Shown one piece after another: positions 18,005 to 26,669 of a stretch of 53,674 nt of DNA (positions are counted from its first letter, which is position 1; each line of letters starts with the position of its first letter). Below the pieces are notes generated by a model that searched no databases, was not told the DNA's origin, and was given only the letters and a program-made list of their open reading frames with translations. Position numbers and translations under genes: made by a program. The stretch comes from an uncultured Candidatus Saccharibacteria bacterium (GTDB taxonomy: Bacteria > Patescibacteriota > Minisyncoccia > UBA6257 > GWB1-50-10): the NCBI GenBank assembly GCA_964372445.1, contig CAYJQO010000001.1, positions 1-53,674 of the forward strand. The letters are read 5' to 3'.

Positions 18005-18589
18005 TTACTGCACCGGCAAGTTCTCCGGCCAGTAGGTGAGAATTTCCTGGAGCACTTCGAGTGCTTTACTATTTTCGCCGCGCTCACGGTAGACGCTGTA
18101 GAGCCCGTAGAGAAACTGCGGCCGGCGCGGGCTCCGCGCAAGACCTTGCACGTAGTAAGCTTCTGCTTTCCCGAGCGACGCGGCGTCGCGGTACGTCACC
18201 CCGAACTCTTCCCACGCCTGCCCCAAGAACAGCATAAGCTGCGTGGTGTTCACGCGGGGGTTACGCGCGATCAGCTCTTGGTACCTGCCCTCGGCGTACT
18301 CGATGAGCGCGCGAGCCGCCCACTCAGGCGGGTTCCGGCGCACGATGTTCCCGATCTCATTGGTCATGAAACGGACCTCCTCGGCCTGGCCCACAGGCGA
18401 GGGGTAGTCAAGGGCGCGGTCAAATACCGCCTTGAAATCCTCGATACGCTTCGTCTCCGGGGACGAGAGGGCTCGGTACGCCTGGATGAACTGTCTCGAT
18501 TTCTCGAACGGGGCGTACGAACCGACGTAGAGGGCAAAGAGGGCAACCCCAATCCCGATGATGAGCAACCCTTTCCTAAGCATGTGCAT
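18005..18589 (-). CDS. Membrane-anchored TPR-like protein, homologous to the C-terminal half of ORF 36515..38929
   Basis: One TM segment, then a helical-repeat region. Its ATG sits in ATGCTTAG, overlapping the stop of the upstream ligase-like gene. The track start at 18622 is TTG. Confidence 0.6.
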   Translation of the reverse strand: MHMLRKGLLIIGIGVALFALYVGSYAPFEKSRQFIQAYRALSSPETKRIEDFKAVFDRALDYPSPVGQAEEVRFMTNEIGNIVRRNPPEWAARALIEYAEGRYQELIARNPRVNTTQLMLFLGQAWEEFGVTYRDAASLGKAEAYYVQGLARSPRRPQFLYGLYSVYRERGENSKALEVLQEILTYWPENLPVQ

Positions 18590-19937
18590 GGGAACGTTCA
18601 AAAAGGTACGCCGCAAAGGCAAGGAAGAGGAACAGGTTCAGGTAGATTGGCAGGACGTCGAAGATCACCAAACCCTGCGTGAGGTACGCAACCGGTAGCG
18701 AGAAAATGAGGGCGTGCTGCACGCGCGAGTGATGCTCGCCCTCACCGAGACCGTTCGCAAATTTTCGCAACTCAAGGAAGAACACCACGAACACGGAAAG
18801 GAACGCGAGGAGGCCGAGCATGCCCGTTTCCGCAAGGTAGTCCAGGAACAGGTTGTGCGCCCGGTCATACCAGGTCTCGGACTGCTCCCCGGGGATGTAG
18901 TGCCTCGGATCGAAGTGCCGGTCGAATACCACCGAAAAGTTCTCAGGGCCCCAGCCGAGGAGGGGGCGCTCCCTCGCCCCGGCAACCGCCGAACCCCATG
19001 TCCAGAGCCGACTCTGGAAGCTCGAGCTCCCCAGGCCGAGGTTGAAAATCCGGGCGCCGGGGAGCTGCCGAACGAACGGGGTATCGTGGAAGTAGACGAG
19101 CGAGCTGACCGCAATGGTAAGCACCATGAGAGCCGGCGCCGCATACCGGCGCCACCTTCCGCCACGGCTGAGGGAAATGTAGAAGAGGAAAGCCCAGACG
19201 CCGGCCAGCAACCCGAATACCGAACCGCGCGTCTGGGAGAGCCAGGTAACCACCACGAAAAGAGCTGAGAGTATGTAGAGCGCTACGCGTCCTTCGACGC
19301 GGCGAACCTTCGGAAGGAGGTAGCAGAGAAAAAACAAGATGAAGAGCAGGTAGCTGCCCACGTACGCTGCGTTCCCGAGCGATCCCTGGAAGCGGAGCGA
19401 CGAGTTCAGGACCGCCCTGAGCGGAGGCCCGACGAACCCTTGGACCCCCATGCCCGCGAGCACGCCGTAGAGCACCATGAGGATACCGGCCGTGATGGAA
19501 ATCCAGAACATCCGCCGCCAGGCCGCCACATCCTTCATGAGCAGCCGCAGAAGTAAGAAGAAGAGGTAGAAGTGGAGGATTTGGTAGCCGCCCTCACCCC
19601 GCTCGAAGTTTGACCAGAACGCGAGGGAAGGATCGTAGCCGAAGAGGGACGCGAGGAGCACGACGAGCATGAAAATGGAAACCGCAACCGTGAGGGGTGA
19701 TCGGAAGAGCGCCCGGAGCGACTCGCCCCAGCGACGCTGCTCCTCATCTGACGCTACCAGGAGACCGATGAGGAACGCGGCGAGCGCGAGGTCAACCACG
19801 GAACGGAAGAAGGCGTACTTGACAACAATGAACGGGAAGAGGGTCGCCCCGCTCACCAGGATCACCGAAAGGGGGGCTAGGTAGAGGAAGAAACGCGAAA
19901 CTTGATAAAACTTCATGGGTTCGGCATACTGTTGCAT
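18576..19937 (-). CDS. O-antigen ligase-like (Wzy_C domain) membrane protein
   Basis: Polytopic membrane protein with LLGWGPENF...YDRAHNLFLDYLAETGMLG, typical of Wzy_C. Start at ATG 19937 or 19916. The longer track ORF overlaps the divergent dehydrogenase gene. Confidence 0.8.
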   Translation of the reverse strand: MQQYAEPMKFYQVSRFFLYLAPLSVILVSGATLFPFIVVKYAFFRSVVDLALAAFLIGLLVASDEEQRRWGESLRALFRSPLTVAVSIFMLVVLLASLFGYDPSLAFWSNFERGEGGYQILHFYLFFLLLRLLMKDVAAWRRMFWISITAGILMVLYGVLAGMGVQGFVGPPLRAVLNSSLRFQGSLGNAAYVGSYLLFILFFLCYLLPKVRRVEGRVALYILSALFVVVTWLSQTRGSVFGLLAGVWAFLFYISLSRGGRWRRYAAPALMVLTIAVSSLVYFHDTPFVRQLPGARIFNLGLGSSSFQSRLWTWGSAVAGARERPLLGWGPENFSVVFDRHFDPRHYIPGEQSETWYDRAHNLFLDYLAETGMLGLLAFLSVFVVFFLELRKFANGLGEGEHHSRVQHALIFSLPVAYLTQGLVIFDVLPIYLNLFLFLAFAAYLFERSHAHA

Positions 19938-19943
19938 ACTACC

Positions 19944-21215
19944 ATGCTCAAGAAGAACGTGAAAACGACCGTTGCCATCGTTGGCGTTGGCTACATCGGC
20001 TTCCCCACCGCAATCGCAATGGCGAAAGCCGGCGCGCGGGTAATCGGCATCGATATCAGCCGTGACCGCGTCAGGGCCATCAACCGAGGGAAAAGTATTA
20101 TGAAGGAAATCCCCGACGAAGAGCTCCACGCTGTGTCGAAACGGTTCACCGCAACAACCGATTGGAAGAAGGTTCGACCGTGCAGCGTGATTCTGATCGC
20201 CGTCCCCACGCCGCTCACCAAGAACAAAACTCCGGACACCACCGCCATTGAACGCGCGGGAGCAAAAATCGCAAAGTTCATGAGGCGCGGCACGCTCGTC
20301 ATCCTCGAGAGCACCTCGTACCCCGGCACGACCGAAGAGGTACTCCAACCGATTCTTGAGAAAGGTGGCCTCGTCGCCGGCAAGGATTTCTACCTCGCCT
20401 TTGCTTCAGAGCGTTTCGATCCCGGGAACAAGGAGTACCGCCTGACCGACATTCCCAAGGTGGTGGGCGGCATTAATAGAACGTCGACGGAGAAAGCAAC
20501 GGCGTTCTATAAACGGTTCTACCACCAGGTTCACCCAGTCTCCTCGCCGCGGAACGCCGAGATGGCGAAGCTTCTCGAGAACATCTTCCGCCTCGTAAAT
20601 ATCTCCCTTGTAAATGAGCTCAAGATGATCGCTGATAAAATGGGGGTCGACTTCTGGGAAGCGATCGAGGCCGCGAAGACCAAACCCTACGGTTTCATGC
20701 CGTTCTACCCGGGTCCGGGAGTGGGTGGGCACTGCATTCCCCTCGACCCGTTCTTCCTCGCGTGGAAAGCGCGCGAACACAACTTCTTCATGCGATTCAT
20801 CCACCTCGCCGGGGAAATCAACGAGCTCATGCCGCACTACGTCGTGACGAGAATTGCTACCGAGCTCAACCGCAAGCGGAAATCGATCAATGGCTCCACC
20901 ATCCTCCTTCTGGGCGCGGCGTACAAAAAAGATATCGACGACCACCGAGAATCCCCCGCGCTTGACATCATGTGGGACCTTACGAGGAAAGGTGGAAACG
21001 TGCTCTACAACGACCCACACATCCCTACGCTCCGCATTAAGGATACAACCTTCACCTCGGCGTCGCTCACCTCCGACCTCGTGAAGAAAACGGACTGCGT
21101 CGTCATCCTCACCGATCACTCCGCCTACGACTACCGCATGATCGCCAAGCACGCCAAACTCGTCATCGATACCAGAAACGCCATTAAACAGAAACTGCCG
21201 ACCGTCTTCGCGTAG
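19944..21215 (+). CDS. UDP-N-acetyl-hexosamine 6-dehydrogenase (WbpA/WecC/TviB-type nucleotide-sugar dehydrogenase)
   Basis: VAIVGVGYIGFP Rossmann motif, ESTSYPGTT, GGHCIPLDP catalytic Cys motif. Confidence 0.9.
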   Translation: MLKKNVKTTVAIVGVGYIGFPTAIAMAKAGARVIGIDISRDRVRAINRGKSIMKEIPDEELHAVSKRFTATTDWKKVRPCSVILIAVPTPLTKNKTPDTTAIERAGAKIAKFMRRGTLVILESTSYPGTTEEVLQPILEKGGLVAGKDFYLAFASERFDPGNKEYRLTDIPKVVGGINRTSTEKATAFYKRFYHQVHPVSSPRNAEMAKLLENIFRLVNISLVNELKMIADKMGVDFWEAIEAAKTKPYGFMPFYPGPGVGGHCIPLDPFFLAWKAREHNFFMRFIHLAGEINELMPHYVVTRIATELNRKRKSINGSTILLLGAAYKKDIDDHRESPALDIMWDLTRKGGNVLYNDPHIPTLRIKDTTFTSASLTSDLVKKTDCVVILTDHSAYDYRMIAKHAKLVIDTRNAIKQKLPTVFA

Positions 21216-21223
21216 CGCTCGGT

Positions 21224-22054
21224 ATGCGGTTCCTCCTCATCGGCACCGGTTTCATCATGCCGCGGCACGTAGAGGCAATCTACCGCGTCGGCGGCAAGTT
21301 GGTTGATCTCGTGAATACCGCCCACGGCGAGGACACCTGGCGCGAGGTGATACTGCGCACGAAAGCCAGCCATGTCATCATCGCTACCCCAAACGATCTC
21401 CACTTTCCCATGGCCATGGCAGCCGCCGAGGCTGGCAAGGTGGTGCTCTGCGAGAAACCCCTTGCGCTTACCTCCAACGACGTGCGATTGCTTGCCACCA
21501 AACCAAATATTTTCACCGTGCTCCAGCTCCGCCACCACCCGCTCGCCAAGAAGCTCAGGTCTGAAATCAACCATCGTGAGCGGTACGACGTTGAGATGGA
21601 TATCTCAAACTACCGCGACGATCGCTACTACCGGAGCTGGAAAGCGGACACCCGCCGGTCCGGCGGCATTCTCTTCAACCTCGGCTCTCACTACTTCGAT
21701 ATGCTCATTCACCTCTTCGGCTACCCCACCGAGATCGTTGAAACTGCCGGCAACGATCGGACCATGCATGGCACGCTCCGGGGAGAGCGCTACACCTGCC
21801 GCTGGCGGGTTTCGAGCGAGGCGAAGCAAGGCGAGCAGCACCGGACCTACACGATCAACGGTGTCAATTGTAATTTTTCCTCCCGGGAGAACCTATCGCA
21901 GGAGCAGCTCCACGCTGACGTCTACCGGGATCTCATGGAGGGCCGCGGGGTCACGCCCGCTGACGCTCTGTACTCGACGCGCCTCATCGAGACCATCTAC
22001 AAGCGTGTGCCCTTGACAAGCCACGTGCAACCACCTATAACGAGCACAGCGTAA
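21224..22054 (+). CDS. Gfo/Idh/MocA-family oxidoreductase (WbpB-like)
   Basis: N-terminal Rossmann fold and CEKPLA motif. Position within a WbpA/B/D/E-like gene set. Confidence 0.8.
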   Translation: MRFLLIGTGFIMPRHVEAIYRVGGKLVDLVNTAHGEDTWREVILRTKASHVIIATPNDLHFPMAMAAAEAGKVVLCEKPLALTSNDVRLLATKPNIFTVLQLRHHPLAKKLRSEINHRERYDVEMDISNYRDDRYYRSWKADTRRSGGILFNLGSHYFDMLIHLFGYPTEIVETAGNDRTMHGTLRGERYTCRWRVSSEAKQGEQHRTYTINGVNCNFSSRENLSQEQLHADVYRDLMEGRGVTPADALYSTRLIETIYKRVPLTSHVQPPITSTA

Positions 22055-22093
22055 CTGAAACGAGTGAATATTAATAATTGAAAGGGGCACACG

Positions 22094-22513
22094 TTGAAAA
22101 CGGGTATCAACACGGTGGTGTACCACCCGGAGCTCTCGAACATTGGCAGCGGCGCGGTAATCGGCGATGGCTCGAGGATCCACTCTCACGTTTGGATCGG
22201 TGACACGGTGCGGATCGGCAAGAACTGCAAGGTTGAGGCCTTTGCGTTCATCCCAAACGGGGTAACGATCGAGAACAATGTGTTCATTGGGCCACATGTT
22301 TGCTTTACCAACGACAAGCACCCGCCGTCCCACGGGAAAGGCTGGAGTGAGACGGTCGTACGGCGTGGCGCCAAGATCGGCGCGAACGCCACCATCCTAC
22401 CGGGGATTACCATCGGTGAACAGGCTATGGTTGGCGCTGGCGCCGTAGTCACGAGCGATGTGCCCGCCCGTGCCACGGTTGTCGGAAACCCAGCACGCCC
22501 TATAATCAAATAG
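22094..22513 (+). CDS. Hexapeptide-repeat (left-handed beta-helix) N-acetyltransferase (WbpD-like)
   Basis: Repeated [LIV]G hexapeptides. TTG start preceded by AAAGGGG. Confidence 0.85.
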   Translation: MKTGINTVVYHPELSNIGSGAVIGDGSRIHSHVWIGDTVRIGKNCKVEAFAFIPNGVTIENNVFIGPHVCFTNDKHPPSHGKGWSETVVRRGAKIGANATILPGITIGEQAMVGAGAVVTSDVPARATVVGNPARPIIK

Positions 22514-22547
22514 GGCGTGTTTTGTTTTGACTCCCTAGCCCACACCT

Positions 22548-23669
22548 ATGCAGTTTCTAAACCTCTCCAAACAACGCCTTGCGCTTCGTGGACCACTCCG
22601 GCGCGCCGTGGAACGAGTTCTCAATCGCGGCGCCTTCATCTTGGGCGAGGAAGGCGCGACCCTTGAACATCGGATCGCGGACCTTACCCGCACACGGTAT
22701 GCCGTCGGCGTGAACTCGGGAACCGATGCTCTCTACCTTTCGCTTCAGGCACTCGGTATCAAATCCGGGGACGAGGTGATCATCACACCGTTTACCTTCG
22801 TCGCCACCGCCGAAGTGATTGCCAACCTCGGCGCGCGGCCCGTCTTCGTTGACATCAACTCCCGTACGTACAATATTGATGCCACAAAAATTGAGCGTGT
22901 GGTGACAAAACGGACAAGGGCAATCATCCCCGTGCACCTCTACGGGCAGATGGCAGACATGCAACCGATTATGCACATCGCCAAACACAAGCGGCTCGCG
23001 ATCATCGAGGATTCTGCCCAGGCGCTCGGCGCCTCCCAGGTGGTGCGGGGAAAACGGCGGATGGCTGGATCTCTGGGAAATGTCGGCTGTTTCAGTTTCT
23101 TCCCCACCAAGAACCTGGGCGCCTACGGCGATGCCGGCATGGCGGTCACCAATGACGCCCGGCCAGCCGAAGTGCTGCGGCTCCTCCGGAACCACGGCTC
23201 CAGGAAGAAGTACCACCACGAGGTGCTTGGGGTGAGCTCCCGCCTCGATGAGCTCCAGGCCGCCATGCTCCTTGCGAAACTGCCGTACCTACGCCGATGG
23301 AACATGGCGCGGAGACGGATCGCGGCACAGTACACGCGAGCGTTCTCAGGAATCCCAGAGCTTCGGGCCCCCGTTACCAACGTCGGAAGCTACCATATTT
23401 TTCACCAGTACACGGTTCGGACCCACCGCCGTGATGCCCTCCAGAGCTACCTTGAGCACCACGGCATCCCCACGGCGATCCACTATCCGCTCCCTCTCCA
23501 CCTCCAGCCGGCATTCAAATACCTTGGGTACCACCGTGGCGATTTCCCGGAGGCCGAACGCGCGGCACGCGAGGCGCTCTCGCTCCCCATCTACCCCGAG
23601 CTTCGCGCAGCCGAGCAGGCAGCGGTGGCGCGGGCGGTCACCCACTTTTTCACATCCGAACCAGCATGA
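22548..23669 (+). CDS. DegT/DnrJ/EryC1/StrS-family sugar aminotransferase (WbpE-like)
   Basis: 373 aa with typical motifs: GVNSGTDAL, SFFPTKNLGAYGDAG, HQY. Confidence 0.92.
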   Translation: MQFLNLSKQRLALRGPLRRAVERVLNRGAFILGEEGATLEHRIADLTRTRYAVGVNSGTDALYLSLQALGIKSGDEVIITPFTFVATAEVIANLGARPVFVDINSRTYNIDATKIERVVTKRTRAIIPVHLYGQMADMQPIMHIAKHKRLAIIEDSAQALGASQVVRGKRRMAGSLGNVGCFSFFPTKNLGAYGDAGMAVTNDARPAEVLRLLRNHGSRKKYHHEVLGVSSRLDELQAAMLLAKLPYLRRWNMARRRIAAQYTRAFSGIPELRAPVTNVGSYHIFHQYTVRTHRRDALQSYLEHHGIPTAIHYPLPLHLQPAFKYLGYHRGDFPEAERAAREALSLPIYPELRAAEQAAVARAVTHFFTSEPA

Positions 23670-24667
23670 GCACCACACCTAAGAAGGTGTCGGTGGTGGT
23701 CATTTGCCGGAACGAGGAACGGTTCATCGGCCGATGCCTGGATTCGCTCCTCGGCCAAACCTACCCGCGCGAGCGCCTAGAGGTCCTCGTCGTGAACGGG
23801 GCGAGCGAAGACCAGACCCGCGAAGTCGTCGCCAGCTACGTGGCGCGGTATCCAGGCACCGTGAAACTCCTCGAGAATCCTCGAAAGTTTACCCCCATTT
23901 CGATGAACATCGGTATTGCAAGCTCAACCGGCGACTACATTGCGATCGCCGGTGCCCACTCAACCTACGCGTCTGACTACCTCGAGCGCTGTGCAACTTA
24001 CCTTGAGCGGTACGGAGCCGACAACGTCGGCGGCGCAATCCGAACCGTGCCGGCGGCTGACACCACGGTCGCCCGAGCAATCGCGGCCGTCCTCCGCTCG
24101 CCGTTCGGTACCGGCAACTCGTACTTCCGGACCGGCAGCGATGAGCCCCGGTTCGTGGACACGGTCTTCGGCGGGTTCTTCCGGCGTGACGTGTTCGAGC
24201 GAGTAGGGCGGTTCAACGAGGCTCTGACCCGCAGCCAGGATATGGAGTTCAACCTCCGGCTCGCACGGGCGGGCGGCAAGATCCTACTGGCCCCCGACAT
24301 CACCTCGGACTATTACCCCAGGGCGACGCTCGGGGCGTTCCTCAAACACAACGTGGCCGATGGCGTCTGGGCGATCCTCCCCATGAAGTTCGGCGCCGCT
24401 CGCTTCAAAACGCGGCACCTCATCCCGTTGCTCTTCGTCGCGAGTATCGTCGTATCAACGCTCTCCTCACTTACCTTTCCACCCCTCCTCTACGTAGCCC
24501 TCGGGGTACTTGCCCTCTACGCCGCCACCTCGATTTACTTCGCTATGAAAATCGCCGCCGCCGAGAAAGACCTCGCCCTCGTGCCTTCTCTGATCGCCGC
24601 TTTCGCCGCTCGCCACTTCGGCTATGGCGTGGGATCCCTAGTCGGCCTCACCCGACTCTTCATATGA
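23666..24667 (+). CDS. Glycosyltransferase family 2
   Basis: VSVVVICRNEE...L.SLLGQTY N-terminal GT-A motif, C-terminal TM segments, ATGA overlap. Confidence 0.88.
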   Translation: MSTTPKKVSVVVICRNEERFIGRCLDSLLGQTYPRERLEVLVVNGASEDQTREVVASYVARYPGTVKLLENPRKFTPISMNIGIASSTGDYIAIAGAHSTYASDYLERCATYLERYGADNVGGAIRTVPAADTTVARAIAAVLRSPFGTGNSYFRTGSDEPRFVDTVFGGFFRRDVFERVGRFNEALTRSQDMEFNLRLARAGGKILLAPDITSDYYPRATLGAFLKHNVADGVWAILPMKFGAARFKTRHLIPLLFVASIVVSTLSSLTFPPLLYVALGVLALYAATSIYFAMKIAAAEKDLALVPSLIAAFAARHFGYGVGSLVGLTRLFI

Positions 24668-25779
24668 CGCTTTGCTTCCTCGCCGCGGCGAACTCGATTC
24701 ACAGCATCCGATGGATCCGGTACTTCGCCGAACACGGCCACGACATTCACTGGGTCTCGCTCGCGCCACCGATCCCCGAAGCGGCAAGCCTCGCTGATCA
24801 CGTTCACTTCCATGAGGTGAGTCCCTCTCCCCTCGCCGATCTCTCAGGTCGGCGCGCCATTTTTCACCTTCTCCCGGCGGTGGCCACGCTGCGACGCATT
24901 CTCCGAGCTACTAAACCAGAGATCTTGCACGTCCACTCAGCTGGCACGTACGGCCTGGTCGGTGCACTTGCCCGGTTCCACCCCTCCATTCTCACCCCGT
25001 GGGGGTCCGACGTGCTCCTCACCTCGCGGCTCGTGCGGCCACTCCTTCGATTCATCGTTCGCTCATTCGACCTCCTCACCTGTGACGGAGAGAACACCTC
25101 GCGCCGCCTGGTTGAGCTCGAAGTCGCACCCTCAAAGGTCAGGCGTATCATGTTCGGAACAGACGTTGAGCAGTTCAAGCCGGCAACCCGTCCGCCTCGA
25201 GGGGAAGAAAGAGAACTCACCGTGGTATCCTTGCGCAGCCTCGAGCCGATCTACGATATTGAAACGTTGCTCCGCGCCGCGGCGATGGTCATCGCCCGAG
25301 TCCCCCGGGCCCGGTTCTTAATCGCGGGCGACGGGAGCGAGCGCACACGTCTGGAAGTCTTGGCGCGAAACCTCGGCCTCGGGGCATCGGTAACATTCCT
25401 GGGGCGGATCGAGAACGATACCCTCCCCGCGCTCCTCCAACGGGCACACATCTACGTCTCGACCGCACTCTCTGACTCGGGTCTCGCTGCCTCAACCGCT
25501 GAAGCGATGAGCTGCGGCCTCCCGGCCGTGGTCACCGACTCGGGAGATAACCGCGCATGGGTTGCTGAGGGCGAAGGCGGCTTTGTGGTTCCCCTGAAGG
25601 CTCCAGAGCTCTTGGCACAAAAAATAGTAGCGCTCGCCTTAGACCGAAAGGCGCGCAAACGGTTTGGGGCTCACAATAGGAAACTCATTGAGGAGAGGAA
25701 CAACTACCATCGGGAGATGCAAAAGATGGAACAACTGTATGAAGAAATTACTAAGAGGCACCAAGCGGCTACTCGATAA
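24664..25779 (+). CDS. Glycosyltransferase family 1/4 (GT-B)
   Basis: C-terminal E..G...EAM.CGLPVV-type motif (AASTAEAMSCGLPAVVTD). Confidence 0.88.
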   Translation: MTLCFLAAANSIHSIRWIRYFAEHGHDIHWVSLAPPIPEAASLADHVHFHEVSPSPLADLSGRRAIFHLLPAVATLRRILRATKPEILHVHSAGTYGLVGALARFHPSILTPWGSDVLLTSRLVRPLLRFIVRSFDLLTCDGENTSRRLVELEVAPSKVRRIMFGTDVEQFKPATRPPRGEERELTVVSLRSLEPIYDIETLLRAAAMVIARVPRARFLIAGDGSERTRLEVLARNLGLGASVTFLGRIENDTLPALLQRAHIYVSTALSDSGLAASTAEAMSCGLPAVVTDSGDNRAWVAEGEGGFVVPLKAPELLAQKIVALALDRKARKRFGAHNRKLIEERNNYHREMQKMEQLYEEITKRHQAATR

Positions 25780-26413
25780 AATATTCGGCACGGTGATCGA
25801 CGAGCTGTACTGGCGCTTTCGACATTGTTTCAACAAACACTGGGCAGAAAATTACATTTCTGAAGAATCGCTGAAAAATCCCCAGCGCCGGTTGTTGATT
25901 GAAAAAATATCCGTCCACGCTCCGCTTGGAAGCGTTTTGGAAATTGGCTGCGCCTCCGGGCCTAATCTCTACGCGTTTTCTAGAGAGTTCCCCGACACAC
26001 AATTCTTTGGTATTGACATTAGCAGAAGGGCAGTTGAGGTGGGGACCGCGTGGATGAATGACCGGGGAATAAAAAACGTCAAACTTTTTACGGGAAAGGC
26101 CGACAAACTAGGAAGGTTTCCGGACAAAAACATGGACATCGTTCTAAGCGTTGCAACGTTACTGTACATCGGGCCCGACAAAATAGACCAGGTTATTGAC
26201 GAAATGCTCCGTGTCGCCAAGAAGGCGCTTGTCCTGATCGAGTGGCACACCGAGCAAGAGTGGTCCTACGCATTCGACCACTGGGCGTACAACTGGAAAA
26301 TTCTACTCGAAAAGCACGGCCAAACGAGCGTTTCCGCCTCCAAGCTCACGTTCGGAGACCTAGGCGGCGGCTGGAAAGAGCTTGGGTATCTCATCGAGGT
26401 ACAAAAAAAATAA
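25739..26413 (+). CDS. Class I SAM-dependent methyltransferase
   Basis: Motif I VLEIGCASGPN. Start placed at ATG 25739, a 41-nt overlap with the upstream gene. Visibly more AT-rich than its neighbours. Confidence 0.75.
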   Translation: MKKLLRGTKRLLDKIFGTVIDELYWRFRHCFNKHWAENYISEESLKNPQRRLLIEKISVHAPLGSVLEIGCASGPNLYAFSREFPDTQFFGIDISRRAVEVGTAWMNDRGIKNVKLFTGKADKLGRFPDKNMDIVLSVATLLYIGPDKIDQVIDEMLRVAKKALVLIEWHTEQEWSYAFDHWAYNWKILLEKHGQTSVSASKLTFGDLGGGWKELGYLIEVQKK

Positions 26414-26430
26414 CCTTCGAAGCCACCGGC

Positions 26431-26598
26431 TTCGAGCGCACAACCCGGACACCACGTGAGCGCCAGAGGGTAGGCCTCTTCGTGCGCCTCTTCCGTCGCC
26501 AGCAGCGAGTTCGCGAGCGGGTGCGCCCCTAAATCAAAAAATGCGGAGAGCGGCTCTGCTCCGCACACCCGGCACCGCACCTGCTCACCCCAGGCCAT
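26431..26598 (-). pseudogene. 5' remnant of a C-methyltransferase-type gene (N-terminal zinc-ribbon domain only)
   Basis: The first ~56 codons, MAWGEQVRCRVCGAEPLSAFFDLGAHPLANSLL...YPLALTWCPGCAL, match the Cx2C...DLG..PLAN...YPL..C..C pattern of the putative zinc-binding domain at the N-terminus of sugar C-methyltransferases. No methyltransferase domain follows. The frame then runs into the 3' end of the convergent gene. Confidence 0.55.
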
Positions 26599-26669
26599 AG
26601 CTGCTGCTAAGCGTACGGAAGATAGACGACGCTTTCAAGACCCAGCCCGCAGGAGAGGAACGAGCACGC

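Noticed and set aside
20406-21152. 248-aa minus-strand ORF
   Set aside because: Antisense to the nucleotide-sugar dehydrogenase gene, which has unambiguous catalytic motifs.
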